Source: an uncultured Chloroflexia bacterium (GTDB lineage Bacteria; Chloroflexota; Chloroflexia; Thermomicrobiales; UBA6265). Taken from it: a stretch of 64,000 bases of DNA. The notes under the pieces were generated by a model. That model was not told the origin of the DNA. It worked only from the letters and a program-made list of their open reading frames with translations, and did no database searches. Each line of letters starts with the position of its first letter. Within the stretch, counting starts at the first letter, position 1. Below are positions 42,875 through 54,688 of this stretch, piece by piece. The position numbers and the translations under genes were made by a program. The stretch lies in contig CAVUJM010000024.1 in the NCBI GenBank assembly GCA_963741795.1, positions 1,657 through 65,656 of the forward strand. The letters are read 5' to 3'.

Positions 42875-43780
42875 AGGCGGGGCACCGGGACGCGAGGAGC
42901 GGCACGGTGACCGTCCGGAACGGGGCGGGCGACCCGAGCGACGCGATCGTCCTGAGCGGCGAGACCGTCGCGAGGGCACTGGCTTTCGTCCGGAACGCGG
43001 TCCATCCGGGCCAGATCGCCGTGGAAGTGGAGGACCGCAGCGGGATGATTCGCGCACCAATGGAAGGAGAGATCGTGGGGACACTCGATCACCGCAAGGT
43101 CATCGCGATCGACGGCCCGGCCGCCGCCGGTAAGTCGACGGTCGCGCGGGAGCTTGCCGACACGCTCGGGATCCTGTTGTTCGATACGGGCGCGCTGTAT
43201 CGCGCCGTCACCCTTGCCGCGCTTCGCAGCAACACGGACCTGACGAACGAGGACGCTCTCGCGACCCTCGCGCGCGACTGCGCGATCGAGCTCCGACCGG
43301 CGACAATCGAGGACGGCCGCCTGGTCGATGTCCTGCTCGATGGTGAGGACGTGACCTGGGCGATCCGCGCGCCAGAGATCGACGCGAATGTCTCCCGTGT
43401 CTCCGCCTATCCGACGGTACGCAGCGCCCTGCTCTCCATGCAGCGCAAGATTGCCAATGGCCGCGAGGTGGTCATGGTCGGCCGGGATATCGGCACGGTG
43501 GTCACGCCGGAAGCCGGCATCAAGATCTATCTCGATGCGAGCGTCGAGGAGCGCGCTCGCCGCCGCTACCACGACATGCGAAATCAGGGTGAAGACCTCG
43601 ACTACGTCTCTGTGTTGGACGATCTGCGCGAGCGGGACTACAAGGACGCCACCCGGGCCACAGCGCCGCTCCGCGCCGCGGATGACGCGATCCGCATCAA
43701 GACGGACGGTCATGGCAATCGACGAGGTCGTGCTCCAGATCGAGCGCATCGTACGCGAGCGCTGGGATGGTGCTCGATGA
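42871..43780 (+). pseudogene. cmk: cytidylate kinase; frame shift near 43710, probable assembly error; start uncertain
   Basis: VIAIDGPAAAGKSTVARELADTLGILLFDTGALYRAVT, VMVGRDIGTVV, RRRYHDM. After ...AIRIKTDG the expected end MAIDEVVLQIERIVRERWDGAR is in the next frame and stops at 43780. ATG 42871 overlaps the rluB stop and has GGGAGG upstream, but it adds about 60 non-family residues. Alternative starts are 43045 and 43060. Confidence 0.85.
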
Positions 43781-44511
43781 GCACCTCGCGTCCAGAGATC
43801 GACGTTACGAAGGGCACAATCCGGCTCGGCACATTCCGCGTCGTGCGGAAGGCCGTGGAGGGGCTGCTCAAGCTCCTGTTCCGGCTCCGCGTCGATGGCG
43901 CGGGCAACGTCCCGGCGGACGGCGCATTCATCCTCGTCTCGAACCACCTGCACAATCTCGATCCCGTGTTCACCGCGGCGGCTTGCCCTCGCCGGGTGCA
44001 CTACATGGCCAAGGTCGAGCTGTTCAAGGTACCCGTCATCCGGACGATCATCCGCTGGGTTGGCGCGTTCCCGATCAACCGCGGCAAGATGGACCGCGAA
44101 GCGATCCGCCACGGACAGGCCGTGCTGGCGGCCGGTTATGGGCTCGGGATCTTCCCGGAAGGCACGCGCTCGCTCTCGATGAATATCCATCGGGTACTGC
44201 CTGGTGCCGGGCTCTTCGCCGTACGCGGCAACGTCCCCATCGTCCCCTGCGCGATCACCGGGTCGGAGCGTCTGCCGTTCAACGGCGCCAAGCAGCACCG
44301 CCGCAGCGAGACGTTGCCGGACCCCGGTCATCCGGGCGTGCGGATTGTCTTCGGCGAGCCGTTCAGCGTTCCCCCGGAGATCGACGGCGTGCGGACCAAC
44401 GCCGAATCGGCGACGCACTACATGATGAGCCGGGTCGCGGCCCTGCTGCCGGAGCCATACCGAGGCATCTATAGCGTTGCGCAATCGACAGTGATCGAGA
44501 TCGACGAGTAG
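43777..44511 (+). CDS. plsC: 1-acyl-sn-glycerol-3-phosphate acyltransferase
   Basis: The start overlaps the cmk stop (ATGA). Acyltransferase motifs VSNHLHNLDP (HX4D), AFPINRG, GIFPEGTRS and VPIVPCAITG. Confidence 0.85.
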   Translation: MSTSRPEIDVTKGTIRLGTFRVVRKAVEGLLKLLFRLRVDGAGNVPADGAFILVSNHLHNLDPVFTAAACPRRVHYMAKVELFKVPVIRTIIRWVGAFPINRGKMDREAIRHGQAVLAAGYGLGIFPEGTRSLSMNIHRVLPGAGLFAVRGNVPIVPCAITGSERLPFNGAKQHRRSETLPDPGHPGVRIVFGEPFSVPPEIDGVRTNAESATHYMMSRVAALLPEPYRGIYSVAQSTVIEIDE

Positions 44512-44541
44512 ACCGCGTCCAATAGCCGCACCAACACGACA

Positions 44542-44567
44542 GAACCCCGGCCACATGGCCGGGGTTC
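44542..44567. terminator. bidirectional terminator-like hairpin between plsC and obg
   Basis: GAACCCCGGCC-ACAT-GGCCGGGGTTC gives a perfect 11-bp stem between convergent genes. Confidence 0.6.
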
Positions 44568-44595
44568 ATCGCGTACCTCATACGACCGGGGACGA

Positions 44596-46044
44596 CTACT
44601 CCTCGTCGTCTTCGCCTTCCCAGACCTCGACCGGGGCCTCATCCTCCTCGGCCCATTCGTCTCCCGACTCCTCTTCCTCGATGAGCGCCTCGACGCGCTG
44701 CTCATCAATCGCGAGGTTCGGGTTCTCCTCGTCTTCATCGCCCCAGGTCATTTCGAAGTCGCCAATACGGACGGAATCCCCATCTTGCACGCCGCGCTTG
44801 CCCAACTCGCTGAGGATGCCGGCGCGTTCCAGCACCCGCTGGAAGCGATCGGCCGACTCCCATTGCGAGAAGTTCGTCATCCGCGCGAAGCGCTCGATCC
44901 CGACGCCGGTGACGCGGTATGTATGCTCGTCCTCCCGCTCGATCTCCCAGGCGCGCTCGTCGACATCGCCGATCGTGTAGACACGGCGCTTCGGCTTCTC
45001 TTCCTCGAGTCGCTTCTCCTCCGCCTCGTGCTCGCGGATCTCGCGCATGACCTCGGCGACGCGGTTGTGAAGCTCCTTCACGCCCTCGCCGGTCGCGGCC
45101 GAGATCTCGTATAGCTCGAAGCCTTCGCCTGTCAACGTCTCCTTCAGGCGCGGCAGGTTGTCGCGCGCCTCCTGGAGGTCGACCTTGTTCAGGGCGACCA
45201 GCATCGGCTTGCGGCGCATGGCGGGGTCGAAGTCGAACAGCTCCTCGTTGATCGTCCGGAAGTCGTCCAGCGGATCGCGCCCTTCAAGACCACCGGAGGC
45301 GTCGAGCACATGGAGCAGCACCTTCGTGCGCCGAACGTGGCGCAGGAACTCATGGCCCAGTCCGTGTCCCTCGGCGGCTCCCTCGATGAGCCCCGGGATA
45401 TCGGCCATCACGAACGTCTCACCGCCCGGCCCGCCGACCTCGACCACGCCCAGGTTCGGCTGGAGGGTCGTGAAGGGATAGTCGGCGATCTTCGGGCGAG
45501 CCCGGCTGGACGACGCCAGCAACGTCGACTTCCCGGCGTTCGGCAGTCCGACGAGCCCGACGTCAGCGATCAGGCGAAGTTCGAGGCGCAGCTCGTACTC
45601 AATGCCCGGCTCGCCCAGCTCGGCGATACGCGGCGCGCGGCGGGTCGAAGTCTTGAAGTGCACGTTGCCAAGACCGCCCTTGCCGCCCCGCGCAACGACG
45701 AATTCCTCACCGGGGTCGGTCAGGTCGGCGATCTGCTCGCCGGTATCCTCGCGGAACACGACCGTGCCCGGAGGAACGTCGACGTAGACGTGCGCGCCGT
45801 TCTTGCCGTGCTTCTGTTGGCCGGTACCCGCGCCGCCGTCCTTGGCAATGTAGCGCGACGTATAGATGAACGGCAGCAAGCTGTTCAGGTTGTCCTTGAC
45901 GCGGAAGATGACATCACCGCCACGGCCGCCGTCCCCGCCGTCCGGTCCACCCTTCGGCACATATTTCTCGCGGCGGAAGTGGGTCGAGCCGTTGCCGCCT
46001 TTTCCGGACCTCACATAGATTTTCGCAGTATCGACCAGGGGCAT
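44596..46044 (-). CDS. obg: GTPase Obg/CgtA with OCT domain and an acidic C-terminal tail
   Basis: MPLVDTAKIYVRSGKGGNGSTHFRREKYVPKGGPDGGDGGRGGDVIF (Obg fold), G1 GLPNAGKST, DIPGLIEGA, NKVDL, then an OCT-like region and the tail WEGEDDEE. Confidence 0.95.
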   Translation of the reverse strand: MPLVDTAKIYVRSGKGGNGSTHFRREKYVPKGGPDGGDGGRGGDVIFRVKDNLNSLLPFIYTSRYIAKDGGAGTGQQKHGKNGAHVYVDVPPGTVVFREDTGEQIADLTDPGEEFVVARGGKGGLGNVHFKTSTRRAPRIAELGEPGIEYELRLELRLIADVGLVGLPNAGKSTLLASSSRARPKIADYPFTTLQPNLGVVEVGGPGGETFVMADIPGLIEGAAEGHGLGHEFLRHVRRTKVLLHVLDASGGLEGRDPLDDFRTINEELFDFDPAMRRKPMLVALNKVDLQEARDNLPRLKETLTGEGFELYEISAATGEGVKELHNRVAEVMREIREHEAEEKRLEEEKPKRRVYTIGDVDERAWEIEREDEHTYRVTGVGIERFARMTNFSQWESADRFQRVLERAGILSELGKRGVQDGDSVRIGDFEMTWGDEDEENPNLAIDEQRVEALIEEEESGDEWAEEDEAPVEVWEGEDDEE

Positions 46045-46100
46045 CGCTTATCCTCATCATCCAGGTGCATACGCTAGCTACGCATAAAGATACGCGCAAA

Positions 46101-46128
46101 TGGCACGGAGCATGCCCCGTGCCATTCC
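46101..46128 (-). terminator. terminator-like hairpin downstream of the second sigma factor gene
   Basis: AATGGCACGG-N8-CCGTGCCATT gives a 10-bp stem 34 nt after the stop. On the minus strand it is followed by TGCGCGTATCTTTAT. Confidence 0.5.
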
Positions 46129-46161
46129 CATGCGCGTTGGTGCAGCGGACAGCGTATCACG

Positions 46162-47679
<1,518 letters not shown>

Positions 47680-47707
47680 GTGACTCTCCCACCTTCGAGA
47701 TGGCCGG

Positions 47708-49009
47708 CTATCGATCCAGCCGGAGCAGATCCTCGAACGTCTCGCGCTCCCGGATCACTCGGGCCCGTCCCTCTTCCACCATGACAACAGCCGGTCGTAG
47801 TGACATATTGTAGTTGCTGGCCATGGCCAGGCTGTAGGCCCCGGCGGCCGGAATCGCGAGCAAATCCCCGCGATGCAGTGTTGGTAAGGTGATGTCCTCG
47901 ATAAGGATATCGCCTGACTCGCAATATTTCCCGGCGATGGTGACCTTCTCGGTCGCCCCGTCGCCCTCCCGGTTGGCCAAAGCCGCAGTATAAACCGCCT
48001 CGTACAGCGTGGGCCGGATGTTGTCGGCCATGCCGCCGTCTACCGAAACATACGTCCGCACGCCGGGAATCTCTTTCCGCGTACCCACCGTATAAACGGC
48101 GATGCCCGCGCGCCCGACGATCGATCGGCCCGGCTCCAGGGTGACGATCGGCACCGTGAGTCCGTGACGCGCGCAACCATCCTTTACGGCTGTCGCCAGG
48201 GTCGTCGCCCACTGCGTCATGGCGGGCGGATCGTCCGCGTCGACATAGGCGATGCCAAAACCACCACCCGGCGAAAGTTGCTCCAGCTCGACGCCGTGCG
48301 CCTCGCGCATCTCCACCGCGAAGCGCAGGATCTCGTCAATCGCGTCGACATACGCCTCCGGCTCGAAGAGTTGGGAGCCGATATGCGCGTGATACCCGGC
48401 CAGGTGCAGCCCCGGCGCGTCCGCGATCAGCGCCACAGCGCGCGCAGCTTGTCCGTCGGCGATGGGCAGACCGAACTTGGAGTCGGCGATGCCCGTGCTG
48501 ATCTTCTTGTGGGTATGCACGTCGACGCCGGGGTTCACCCGCAGCAGGACAGTAACCGACCCGTCGAGGTCGTCCGTCAGCTCGCGGAGCATCTCGATCT
48601 CGTCGACGTTGTCGACGATGATCTTGCCGATCCCGGCGTCGATCGCCATACGAAGCTCGTCCATACCCTTGTTGTTGCCGTGGAGCGAGAGCTTCTCGGC
48701 CGGCATGCCGGCGCTGAGGCCGACATACAGCTCGCCAGCCGAAACAGCGTCCAGCCCAAGCCCTTCCTCGACGAGCATCTGGACGAGCGCCTTTGACAGG
48801 AACGCCTTGCCGGCATAGACGACCCGGCTGCCCGGTAGCGCCTCGGCAAACGCATCGCGCACCGCTCGCATGTTCCCGCGCAGGGTGGCCGCGTCGTAGA
48901 TGTAGACGGGCGTGCCGAACTCGCGCGCAATCTCGGGCACAGCAACGCCACCGATCGTCATCGCGCCCTCGGCGTTTCGTCCCGTTCCGACCGGCCAGAC
49001 GTTCGACAT
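47708..49009 (-). CDS. lysA: diaminopimelate decarboxylase
   Basis: GGGGAG lies 5 nt upstream of ATG 49009. [21 protein letters not shown] (PLP lysine), [34 protein letters not shown] and AGAYS. Confidence 0.9.
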   Translation of the reverse strand: MSNVWPVGTGRNAEGAMTIGGVAVPEIAREFGTPVYIYDAATLRGNMRAVRDAFAEALPGSRVVYAGKAFLSKALVQMLVEEGLGLDAVSAGELYVGLSAGMPAEKLSLHGNNKGMDELRMAIDAGIGKIIVDNVDEIEMLRELTDDLDGSVTVLLRVNPGVDVHTHKKISTGIADSKFGLPIADGQAARAVALIADAPGLHLAGYHAHIGSQLFEPEAYVDAIDEILRFAVEMREAHGVELEQLSPGGGFGIAYVDADDPPAMTQWATTLATAVKDGCARHGLTVPIVTLEPGRSIVGRAGIAVYTVGTRKEIPGVRTYVSVDGGMADNIRPTLYEAVYTAALANREGDGATEKVTIAGKYCESGDILIEDITLPTLHRGDLLAIPAAGAYSLAMASNYNMSLRPAVVMVEEGRARVIRERETFEDLLRLDR

Positions 49010-49158
49010 CCTGCTCCCCTTCGCGTTCCCGTTGTCTGTCATCGTGGCATTCTCGCACGTCGGGCGGCGATCGCAACACCGGACCGTACCTCTACAATGG
49101 CCAATGCGGCGACGGACGGTCCACGCCGCACAGATCGACCCCAAACGAGGCCCCCATC

Positions 49159-50103
49159 GTGTCGCAGAAGAGTATCCCCATCCCTCGTACCGCCCAGGAA
49201 GAGCGCGTCCATATCGGCACGATTTACGGTTTCCTCGCCTACGGCATGTGGGGTGTCCTTCCGCTCTACTTCCACGCCCTTGCCCCCGCGACGTCGTGGG
49301 AGATCCTCGCCCACCGTATCGTCTGGTCGTTGCTCCTCACCGTGGTGGTCTGGGCGTGGAAGCGCGACCTCTCCTGGCTGCGCCCCCTTCTTCGGAATCG
49401 GCGGAGGCTCGGCCTGCTCGGGCTGGCCGCGTTCTTCCTTGCCATCAACTGGGCCGTATTCATCTACGCCGTGAGCATCGGCAACGTCGTCGAGAGCTCG
49501 CTGGGGTACTTCATCAACCCGCTGCTGCTCGTGCTCATGGGCGTGCTCCTGCTCGGTGAGCGGATGAGCCGGCTTCAGTGGACCGCGCTCGGGTTCGGCA
49601 CGGTCGCCGTCGCCGTCATCACCATCGACTACGGCCGACCGCCCTGGATCGCGCTTTCCCTGGCGACAAGCTTCGCCCTCTACGGCTACATGAAGAAGCT
49701 GATTGGCGCGCATCTGGGCGCGCTGGAGAGCATGACGATCGAGACTATTGTGCTCACCCCGTTCGCCCTGGCCGGTATCGCCTGGTTCCAGATCACCGGT
49801 AACGGGACCTTCCTCAGCGAGGGACCTTCGCATACGCTGCTGATCATGGCGTCCGGCGTCGCGACCGCCGTGCCGCTCATCCTCTTCTCGGCGGCCGCGA
49901 GCCGCATTCCGCTGACGACGATGGGGCTGCTGCAGTACCTCGCGCCGGTCGGGCAATTCCTCGTCGGTGTGCTGGTGTTCAACGAGGTCGTGCCCGGTCC
50001 GCGCTGGATCGGTTTCGGGCTTGTCTGGATCGGGTTGGCAACGCTGACGGTCGACATGTTCACCCGCGCCCAGCGCTCTCGTCGCGCCCGGCGTGCTGCC
50101 TGA
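49159..50103 (+). CDS. rarD: EamA/RarD-family (DMT superfamily) transporter
   Basis: GTG 49159. GTIYGFLAYGMWGVLPLYFHAL, HRIVWSLL, SLGYFINPLL, QWTALGFGTVAV and LLQYLAPVGQFLVGVLVF match RarD. Confidence 0.8.
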   Translation: MSQKSIPIPRTAQEERVHIGTIYGFLAYGMWGVLPLYFHALAPATSWEILAHRIVWSLLLTVVVWAWKRDLSWLRPLLRNRRRLGLLGLAAFFLAINWAVFIYAVSIGNVVESSLGYFINPLLLVLMGVLLLGERMSRLQWTALGFGTVAVAVITIDYGRPPWIALSLATSFALYGYMKKLIGAHLGALESMTIETIVLTPFALAGIAWFQITGNGTFLSEGPSHTLLIMASGVATAVPLILFSAAASRIPLTTMGLLQYLAPVGQFLVGVLVFNEVVPGPRWIGFGLVWIGLATLTVDMFTRAQRSRRARRAA

Positions 50104-50308
50104 CGCCTTCGGGAGGGGCTTTACCCCGCTGCTATACTGGTGGCTGACCCGATTCGCGGTCAGGGCCTTCCCTGACGACATCCGTACAGGATCCCCGCGT
50201 GACCGAACGGACGCAATGACGATCGCCATATGAGCCGATGCGCCTGCCGCGCCCGCGCCAGACGCCGCTTCGTCATGCCTGTTCACCCAACACGCCGGAA
50301 GACCAATC

Positions 50309-52288
50309 ATGCCACCACTTAGCATCCTGACCGTTTCCAACCTCGCCAAGACGTACGTCACTGACGAGATCTTCTCGGGCGTCACGTTCCAGATCCAGGA
50401 GCGCGAGCACGTCGCCCTCGTCGGCGTCAACGGCGCCGGCAAGTCGACCGTGCTCCGCATCATCGCCGGCATCGAGCACGCGAACGCCGGTGAGATCGTT
50501 TCCGCCGCCGGCTTGCGGATCACGTATCTCCCGCAGGAAGCCCGGTTCACCAGCGACAACACGCTGCGCGACGAGGCCCGCCTCGCCTTTGCTCCGGTCC
50601 TCGAGATGCAGGAGCGGATGCGCGAGATCGAGCACCGCATGGCGGACGCCGACGACGATCTCGACGCCCTCATGGAGGAATACGACCGCCTCAGCGTCCA
50701 CTTTGAGGCGGCCCGGGGCTACGACGTCGAGCACCGCACGGACGAGGTGCTGCAGGGTCTCGGCTTCACGCAAGACCAGTTCGACGACCCGGTCGCCCGG
50801 CTTAGCGGTGGCCAGAAGACGCGTGTGGCCCTCGCCAAGGCGCTTCTTGCCGACCCGGACCTGCTGCTGCTCGATGAGCCAACCAACCATCTTGACCTCG
50901 AGATGCTCGAGTGGCTGGAGGAGTTTCTCGGCCGCTGGAACGGCGCCTGCCTGATCGTCTCCCACGACCGCTACTTCCTCGACCGCGTCACCACCCGCAC
51001 GCTGGACCTCTCGTTTGGCCGCCTGGAAGACTACCCGGCGCCCTACGCGAAGCATCTGCCGATGCGCGAGGAGCGCGAGACACGCCGCCGCAAGGAGTAC
51101 GAGGAGCAGCAGGAGTACATCGCCCGGCAGGAAGAGTTCATCCGCAAATACGGCGCAGGCCAGCGCTACCGCGAGGCACGCGGCCGCCAGAAGAAGCTGG
51201 ACCGGCTGGAGCGCATCGACCGCCCGCAGGACCACGACCAGATGCGGATCAAGCTCGCCGCGAACGTCCGCTCCGGCCGCCAGGTCCTGACCTCGTCGAA
51301 GATGGAGATCGGTTACCGCGATCCGGAAGGGCCCGCGGTGCTGATCCGCACCCCGGAGCTCACCATCGAGCGCGGCGACCGCATCGGCCTGCTCGGGCCG
51401 AATGGCGCGGGCAAGACGACGCTGATCAAGACGCTCGTCGGCTCGCTGCCGGCGCTGAAGGGCGAGTTCAACTACGGCACAAACGTCGTTCCCGGCTACT
51501 ACGCGCAGTCGCACGAGCAACTGCGTGGCAAGGGCAACGGCACCCCGCTCTCGCTGATCCAGAGCACCCGGGCGATGACCGAGGAGTACGCGCGAACGTA
51601 CCTCGGGCGCTTCCTGTTCAGCGGTGACGACGTCTACAAGCACATCTCCGACCTTTCCGGCGGCGAGCGCTCGCGCCTGGCGCTGGCGGTGCTCCTGCTG
51701 GAGCAGGCAAACTTCCTGATCCTCGATGAGCCGACGAACCACCTCGACATCATGGCGCGCGAGTCGCTGGAGGAGATGCTGAGCGAGTTCGATGGCACCA
51801 TCCTCTTCGTCTCGCACGACCGGTACTTCATGGACCGGATCGCGACGAAGCTCTGGATTGTCGAGGATGAAGGTGTGCAGTTCTCGCTGGGCAATTACAC
51901 CGACTACCAGCGACTGCTTGGCCGTCGCGCGGCCCAGGCCGCTGCTCCAGAGAAAGAGACGTTGAAGCCTGAGCCGAAACCGGTTGAGACCGTGGCGAAC
52001 GGGACGAACGGCGCCATCGAGGTCACCGCGAAGGGCAAGCCAAAGCGGCGGACCGAGACCGATGTCCAGAAGAAGTTGGCGAAGATCGAGCGCAGCATCA
52101 GCCAGCTCGAGGGCCGCCTGAACGAGCTGGACGATGCCATCGCCGTCGCCACCGCGGACCAGGACCTCGACGCGATCGGGGCACTCGGCGCGGAATACGA
52201 GAAGGTGCAGGCCGAGCTGGACGAGGTCTACGGCGAGTGGGAAACCCTCACCGCGCAGGCGGAGGAGTTCGCGGTCGTCAATGGCTAG
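50309..52288 (+). CDS. ABC-F family ATPase (two ABC domains, no membrane domain)
   Basis: Two cassettes: GVNGAGKST / LSGGQKTRVALA / LLLDEPTNHLD and GPNGAGKTT / LSGGERSRLALA / LILDEPTNHLD. A charged inter-domain linker and a C-terminal coiled-coil extension are present. Confidence 0.9.
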   Translation: MPPLSILTVSNLAKTYVTDEIFSGVTFQIQEREHVALVGVNGAGKSTVLRIIAGIEHANAGEIVSAAGLRITYLPQEARFTSDNTLRDEARLAFAPVLEMQERMREIEHRMADADDDLDALMEEYDRLSVHFEAARGYDVEHRTDEVLQGLGFTQDQFDDPVARLSGGQKTRVALAKALLADPDLLLLDEPTNHLDLEMLEWLEEFLGRWNGACLIVSHDRYFLDRVTTRTLDLSFGRLEDYPAPYAKHLPMREERETRRRKEYEEQQEYIARQEEFIRKYGAGQRYREARGRQKKLDRLERIDRPQDHDQMRIKLAANVRSGRQVLTSSKMEIGYRDPEGPAVLIRTPELTIERGDRIGLLGPNGAGKTTLIKTLVGSLPALKGEFNYGTNVVPGYYAQSHEQLRGKGNGTPLSLIQSTRAMTEEYARTYLGRFLFSGDDVYKHISDLSGGERSRLALAVLLLEQANFLILDEPTNHLDIMARESLEEMLSEFDGTILFVSHDRYFMDRIATKLWIVEDEGVQFSLGNYTDYQRLLGRRAAQAAAPEKETLKPEPKPVETVANGTNGAIEVTAKGKPKRRTETDVQKKLAKIERSISQLEGRLNELDDAIAVATADQDLDAIGALGAEYEKVQAELDEVYGEWETLTAQAEEFAVVNG

Positions 52289-52919
52289 CCCGCGCATCGT
52301 CCTCGGCGTTACCGGCAACATCGCGACCGGTAAGAGCACCGTCGTAAGCATGCTTCGGGAGCTTGGCGCGCGGCATATCGATGCGGATCTCGTTTACCGC
52401 GATCTTGTCGCGCCCGGGCAGCCGCTCCTGGCAAAGTTGGCGGAGCACTTCGGGGACGGCATCATCGCCGCCGACGGCTCGCTGGACCGCAAGGCGCTCG
52501 GCGCGATTGTCTTCAGCGATCCGGAGAGGTTGAAGGAGCTGGACGCGCTCACCCACCCGGCGGTCATCGCGGAGAGCGACCGCCGGGTGGACGCCATCCC
52601 GGAAGGCGTGATCATCATCGACGCGGTGAAGCTGATCGAGTCCGGCCACGCCGACGTCTGCGATGAGGTCTGGTTGGTGACCGCGCCTGAGGAGGTGCAG
52701 GTCCGTCGCGTCATGCAGCGCAACGGCGTTGATGCCGACGAGGCGCGACGTCGGGTCGCGGCCCAACCGCCGCTCGAGCCCAAGCTCGACCGCGCCGACG
52801 CCGTCATCGACAACAGCGGCACCCTCGACGAGCTCCGCGTGCGAGTCATGGACGAGTGGAACGCGATGCAGGACCGGCATAGTCGTATTGTATATGAGAC
52901 ATCGACCGCAGATCGATAA
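52281..52919 (+). CDS. coaE: dephospho-CoA kinase
   Basis: IVLGVTGNIATGKSTVVSMLRELGARHIDADLV, LDALTHPAV, VIIIDAVKLIESG and VWLVTAPEEVQVRRVMQR. The start overlaps the ABC-F stop by 8 nt. Confidence 0.85.
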   Translation: MASPRIVLGVTGNIATGKSTVVSMLRELGARHIDADLVYRDLVAPGQPLLAKLAEHFGDGIIAADGSLDRKALGAIVFSDPERLKELDALTHPAVIAESDRRVDAIPEGVIIIDAVKLIESGHADVCDEVWLVTAPEEVQVRRVMQRNGVDADEARRRVAAQPPLEPKLDRADAVIDNSGTLDELRVRVMDEWNAMQDRHSRIVYETSTADR

Positions 52920-52948
52920 CGACGCCATTTCGCGAAGGACACAAGCCC

Positions 52949-53008
52949 CGTACGGCGGCCCTTGTGGCGACGTGCGACTGAGGGTCGGCCACAAGGGCCG
53001 ACCGTACG
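52949..53008. repeat. long bulged hairpin (about 20-bp stem) between coaE and mutY
   Basis: CGTACGGCGGCCCTTGTGGC (52949-52968) pairs with GCCACAAGGGCCGACCGTACG (52988-53008). It contains the CTTGT motif seen in H1-type hairpins. A degenerate ATCGACC-GCA-GATCGAT lies at 52901-52917. Confidence 0.5.
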
Positions 53009-53018
53009 AAGTGATTGC

Positions 53019-53969
53019 ATGACCGACATCTCCCCCGACAAGATATCCGCCGTCCGCTCCGGGCTCCTGGCGTGGTGGCACGCCAACCGGCGCGACCTGC
53101 CGTGGCGGCAGACGCGCGACCCGTACAAGATCATGGTCTCGGAAATCATGCTCCAGCAGACGCAGGTCGACCGCGTCATCCCCTACTTCCACGCCTGGCT
53201 GGAAGCGTTCCCGACCGTCCATGAGCTGGCCGCCGCACCGACCGCCGAGGTGATCCGCATGTGGAAAGGGCTCGGCTACAATCGGCGCGCGGTGAATATG
53301 CAGCGCACCGCCCAGGCCGTCGTCGAGCGTGGCGGTGAGTTCCCGGAAACGGTCGAGGAGCTGCTGGCGCTGCCCGGTATCGGCCCGTACACCGCCGGGG
53401 CCATCGCGTGTTTCGCGTTCGAGCAGGACGTCGCCTTCATCGACACGAACATGCGCCGCGTCATCCATCGCCTCTTCGTTGGCGTGGATGTCCCGAAGCC
53501 CACCGCCAGCGACAAGGACGTCCTCGCCATCGCCGCCGACGTGATGCCCCAAGGGGACGCCTGGAACTGGAACCAGGGCATTATGGAGTTCGGGGCGCTG
53601 CACTGCACGGCGCGCAAACCGCTCTGCCTCATCTGTCCGCTGCAAGCCGAATGCGCCGCGTTTCCGCAGATCCAGGCCGCGCTCGCCGAAAACGGCAAGC
53701 CAGCGCGGAAGACGAAGAGCGTTCCGTTTGAGCAGACGAACCGCTACTTCCGGGGACGTATCGTCGACGCCCTTCGCGCGCACGAGGGCGAGGGCATGGC
53801 GCTCGCCGAGATCGGCCCCCTCCTGCGCGACGACTTTGCGGACGAGCACATGACCTGGCTCGTCGAGCTCGCGAACGGCCTGGAGCGAGACGGTCTTGCT
53901 GTTGTGGCTGAGGACGAAGCGACCTACAAGACCGACGAGGTGAGCGAGATCAGGCTTCGTCTTCCGTAA
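53019..53969 (+). CDS. mutY: A/G-specific adenine glycosylase (MutY-like, HhH-GPD / Fe-S cluster family)
   Basis: LLAWWHANRRDLPWRQTRDPYKIMVSEIMLQQTQV, GLGYNRRA, LPGIGPYTAGAIACFAF, DTNMRRV, and the 4Fe-4S motif CTARKPLCLICPLQAEC. Confidence 0.8.
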   Translation: MTDISPDKISAVRSGLLAWWHANRRDLPWRQTRDPYKIMVSEIMLQQTQVDRVIPYFHAWLEAFPTVHELAAAPTAEVIRMWKGLGYNRRAVNMQRTAQAVVERGGEFPETVEELLALPGIGPYTAGAIACFAFEQDVAFIDTNMRRVIHRLFVGVDVPKPTASDKDVLAIAADVMPQGDAWNWNQGIMEFGALHCTARKPLCLICPLQAECAAFPQIQAALAENGKPARKTKSVPFEQTNRYFRGRIVDALRAHEGEGMALAEIGPLLRDDFADEHMTWLVELANGLERDGLAVVAEDEATYKTDEVSEIRLRLP

Positions 53970-53983
53970 CGAAAGGCCCCGTC

Positions 53984-54619
53984 GTGACCTACCTGCCCCC
54001 GCAGTTCCGCGAAGATGACCCGGCCCGCATCAAGGCGCTGATCGATGCCCACCCGCTGGCCACGCTCGTCGCCAGCACGGCAGACGGCTTGCAGGCGCAT
54101 CACATTCCGCTCCTGCTCGATAATCGCCACGGTGACCACGGGACGCTGATTGGCCATGTTGCGCGCAACAACATGCTATGGAGGGATGCTGCGGACACCG
54201 AGGTGCTCGTGGTCTTCCAGGCGGCAGACGCCTACATCACGCCGAACTGGTATCCGACGAAAGCGGAGACGCACGAAGTGGTGCCGACGTGGAACTACGC
54301 CGTGGTCCACGCCTGGGGACAGCTCATCGTGCACGACGACGAGAAATGGACGCGCGGCGCGGTGGGCCGGCTAACGCAGGCGATGGAGCGGGTAAACGAC
54401 CCGGCGTGGAGGATGGGCGACGCCCCGCAGGACTACCTGCGGGGGATGCTGGAGGACATCGTCGGCATCGAAATCCCCATCAACCGCATCGTCGGCAAAT
54501 GGAAAGCAAGCCAGAATCGCACCGACGCGGACCGCCAGGGTGCAATCGACGGCCTTCGCGAGCGCAATGCCGCCAGGGACCTCGCCATGGCCGACATCAT
54601 GGCCGAGCGCGACAGGTGA
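53984..54619 (+). CDS. FMN-binding negative transcriptional regulator (PaiB family)
   Basis: GTG start. PPQFREDDPARIKALIDAHPLATLV, GHVARNN, YITPNWYPTK, VPTWNYAVVH and GKWKASQNR are PaiB-family hallmarks. Confidence 0.8.
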   Translation: MTYLPPQFREDDPARIKALIDAHPLATLVASTADGLQAHHIPLLLDNRHGDHGTLIGHVARNNMLWRDAADTEVLVVFQAADAYITPNWYPTKAETHEVVPTWNYAVVHAWGQLIVHDDEKWTRGAVGRLTQAMERVNDPAWRMGDAPQDYLRGMLEDIVGIEIPINRIVGKWKASQNRTDADRQGAIDGLRERNAARDLAMADIMAERDR

Positions 54620-54688
54620 CCAGAAACACGACGGCCCGGAAGGTGTTTGCGCCTTCCGGGCCGTTTCGCTTGCCAGAGTCGTGATGAT

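Noticed and set aside
40694-44511. Apparent giant fusion proteins: a 726-aa carboxypeptidase-RluB ORF and a 746-aa ORF spanning rluB (out of frame), cmk and plsC.
   Set aside because: The fusions exist only because single-base frame shifts remove the native stops. Each component gene has its own start overlapping the previous (corrected) stop, and the linking segments are R/P/G-rich nonsense.
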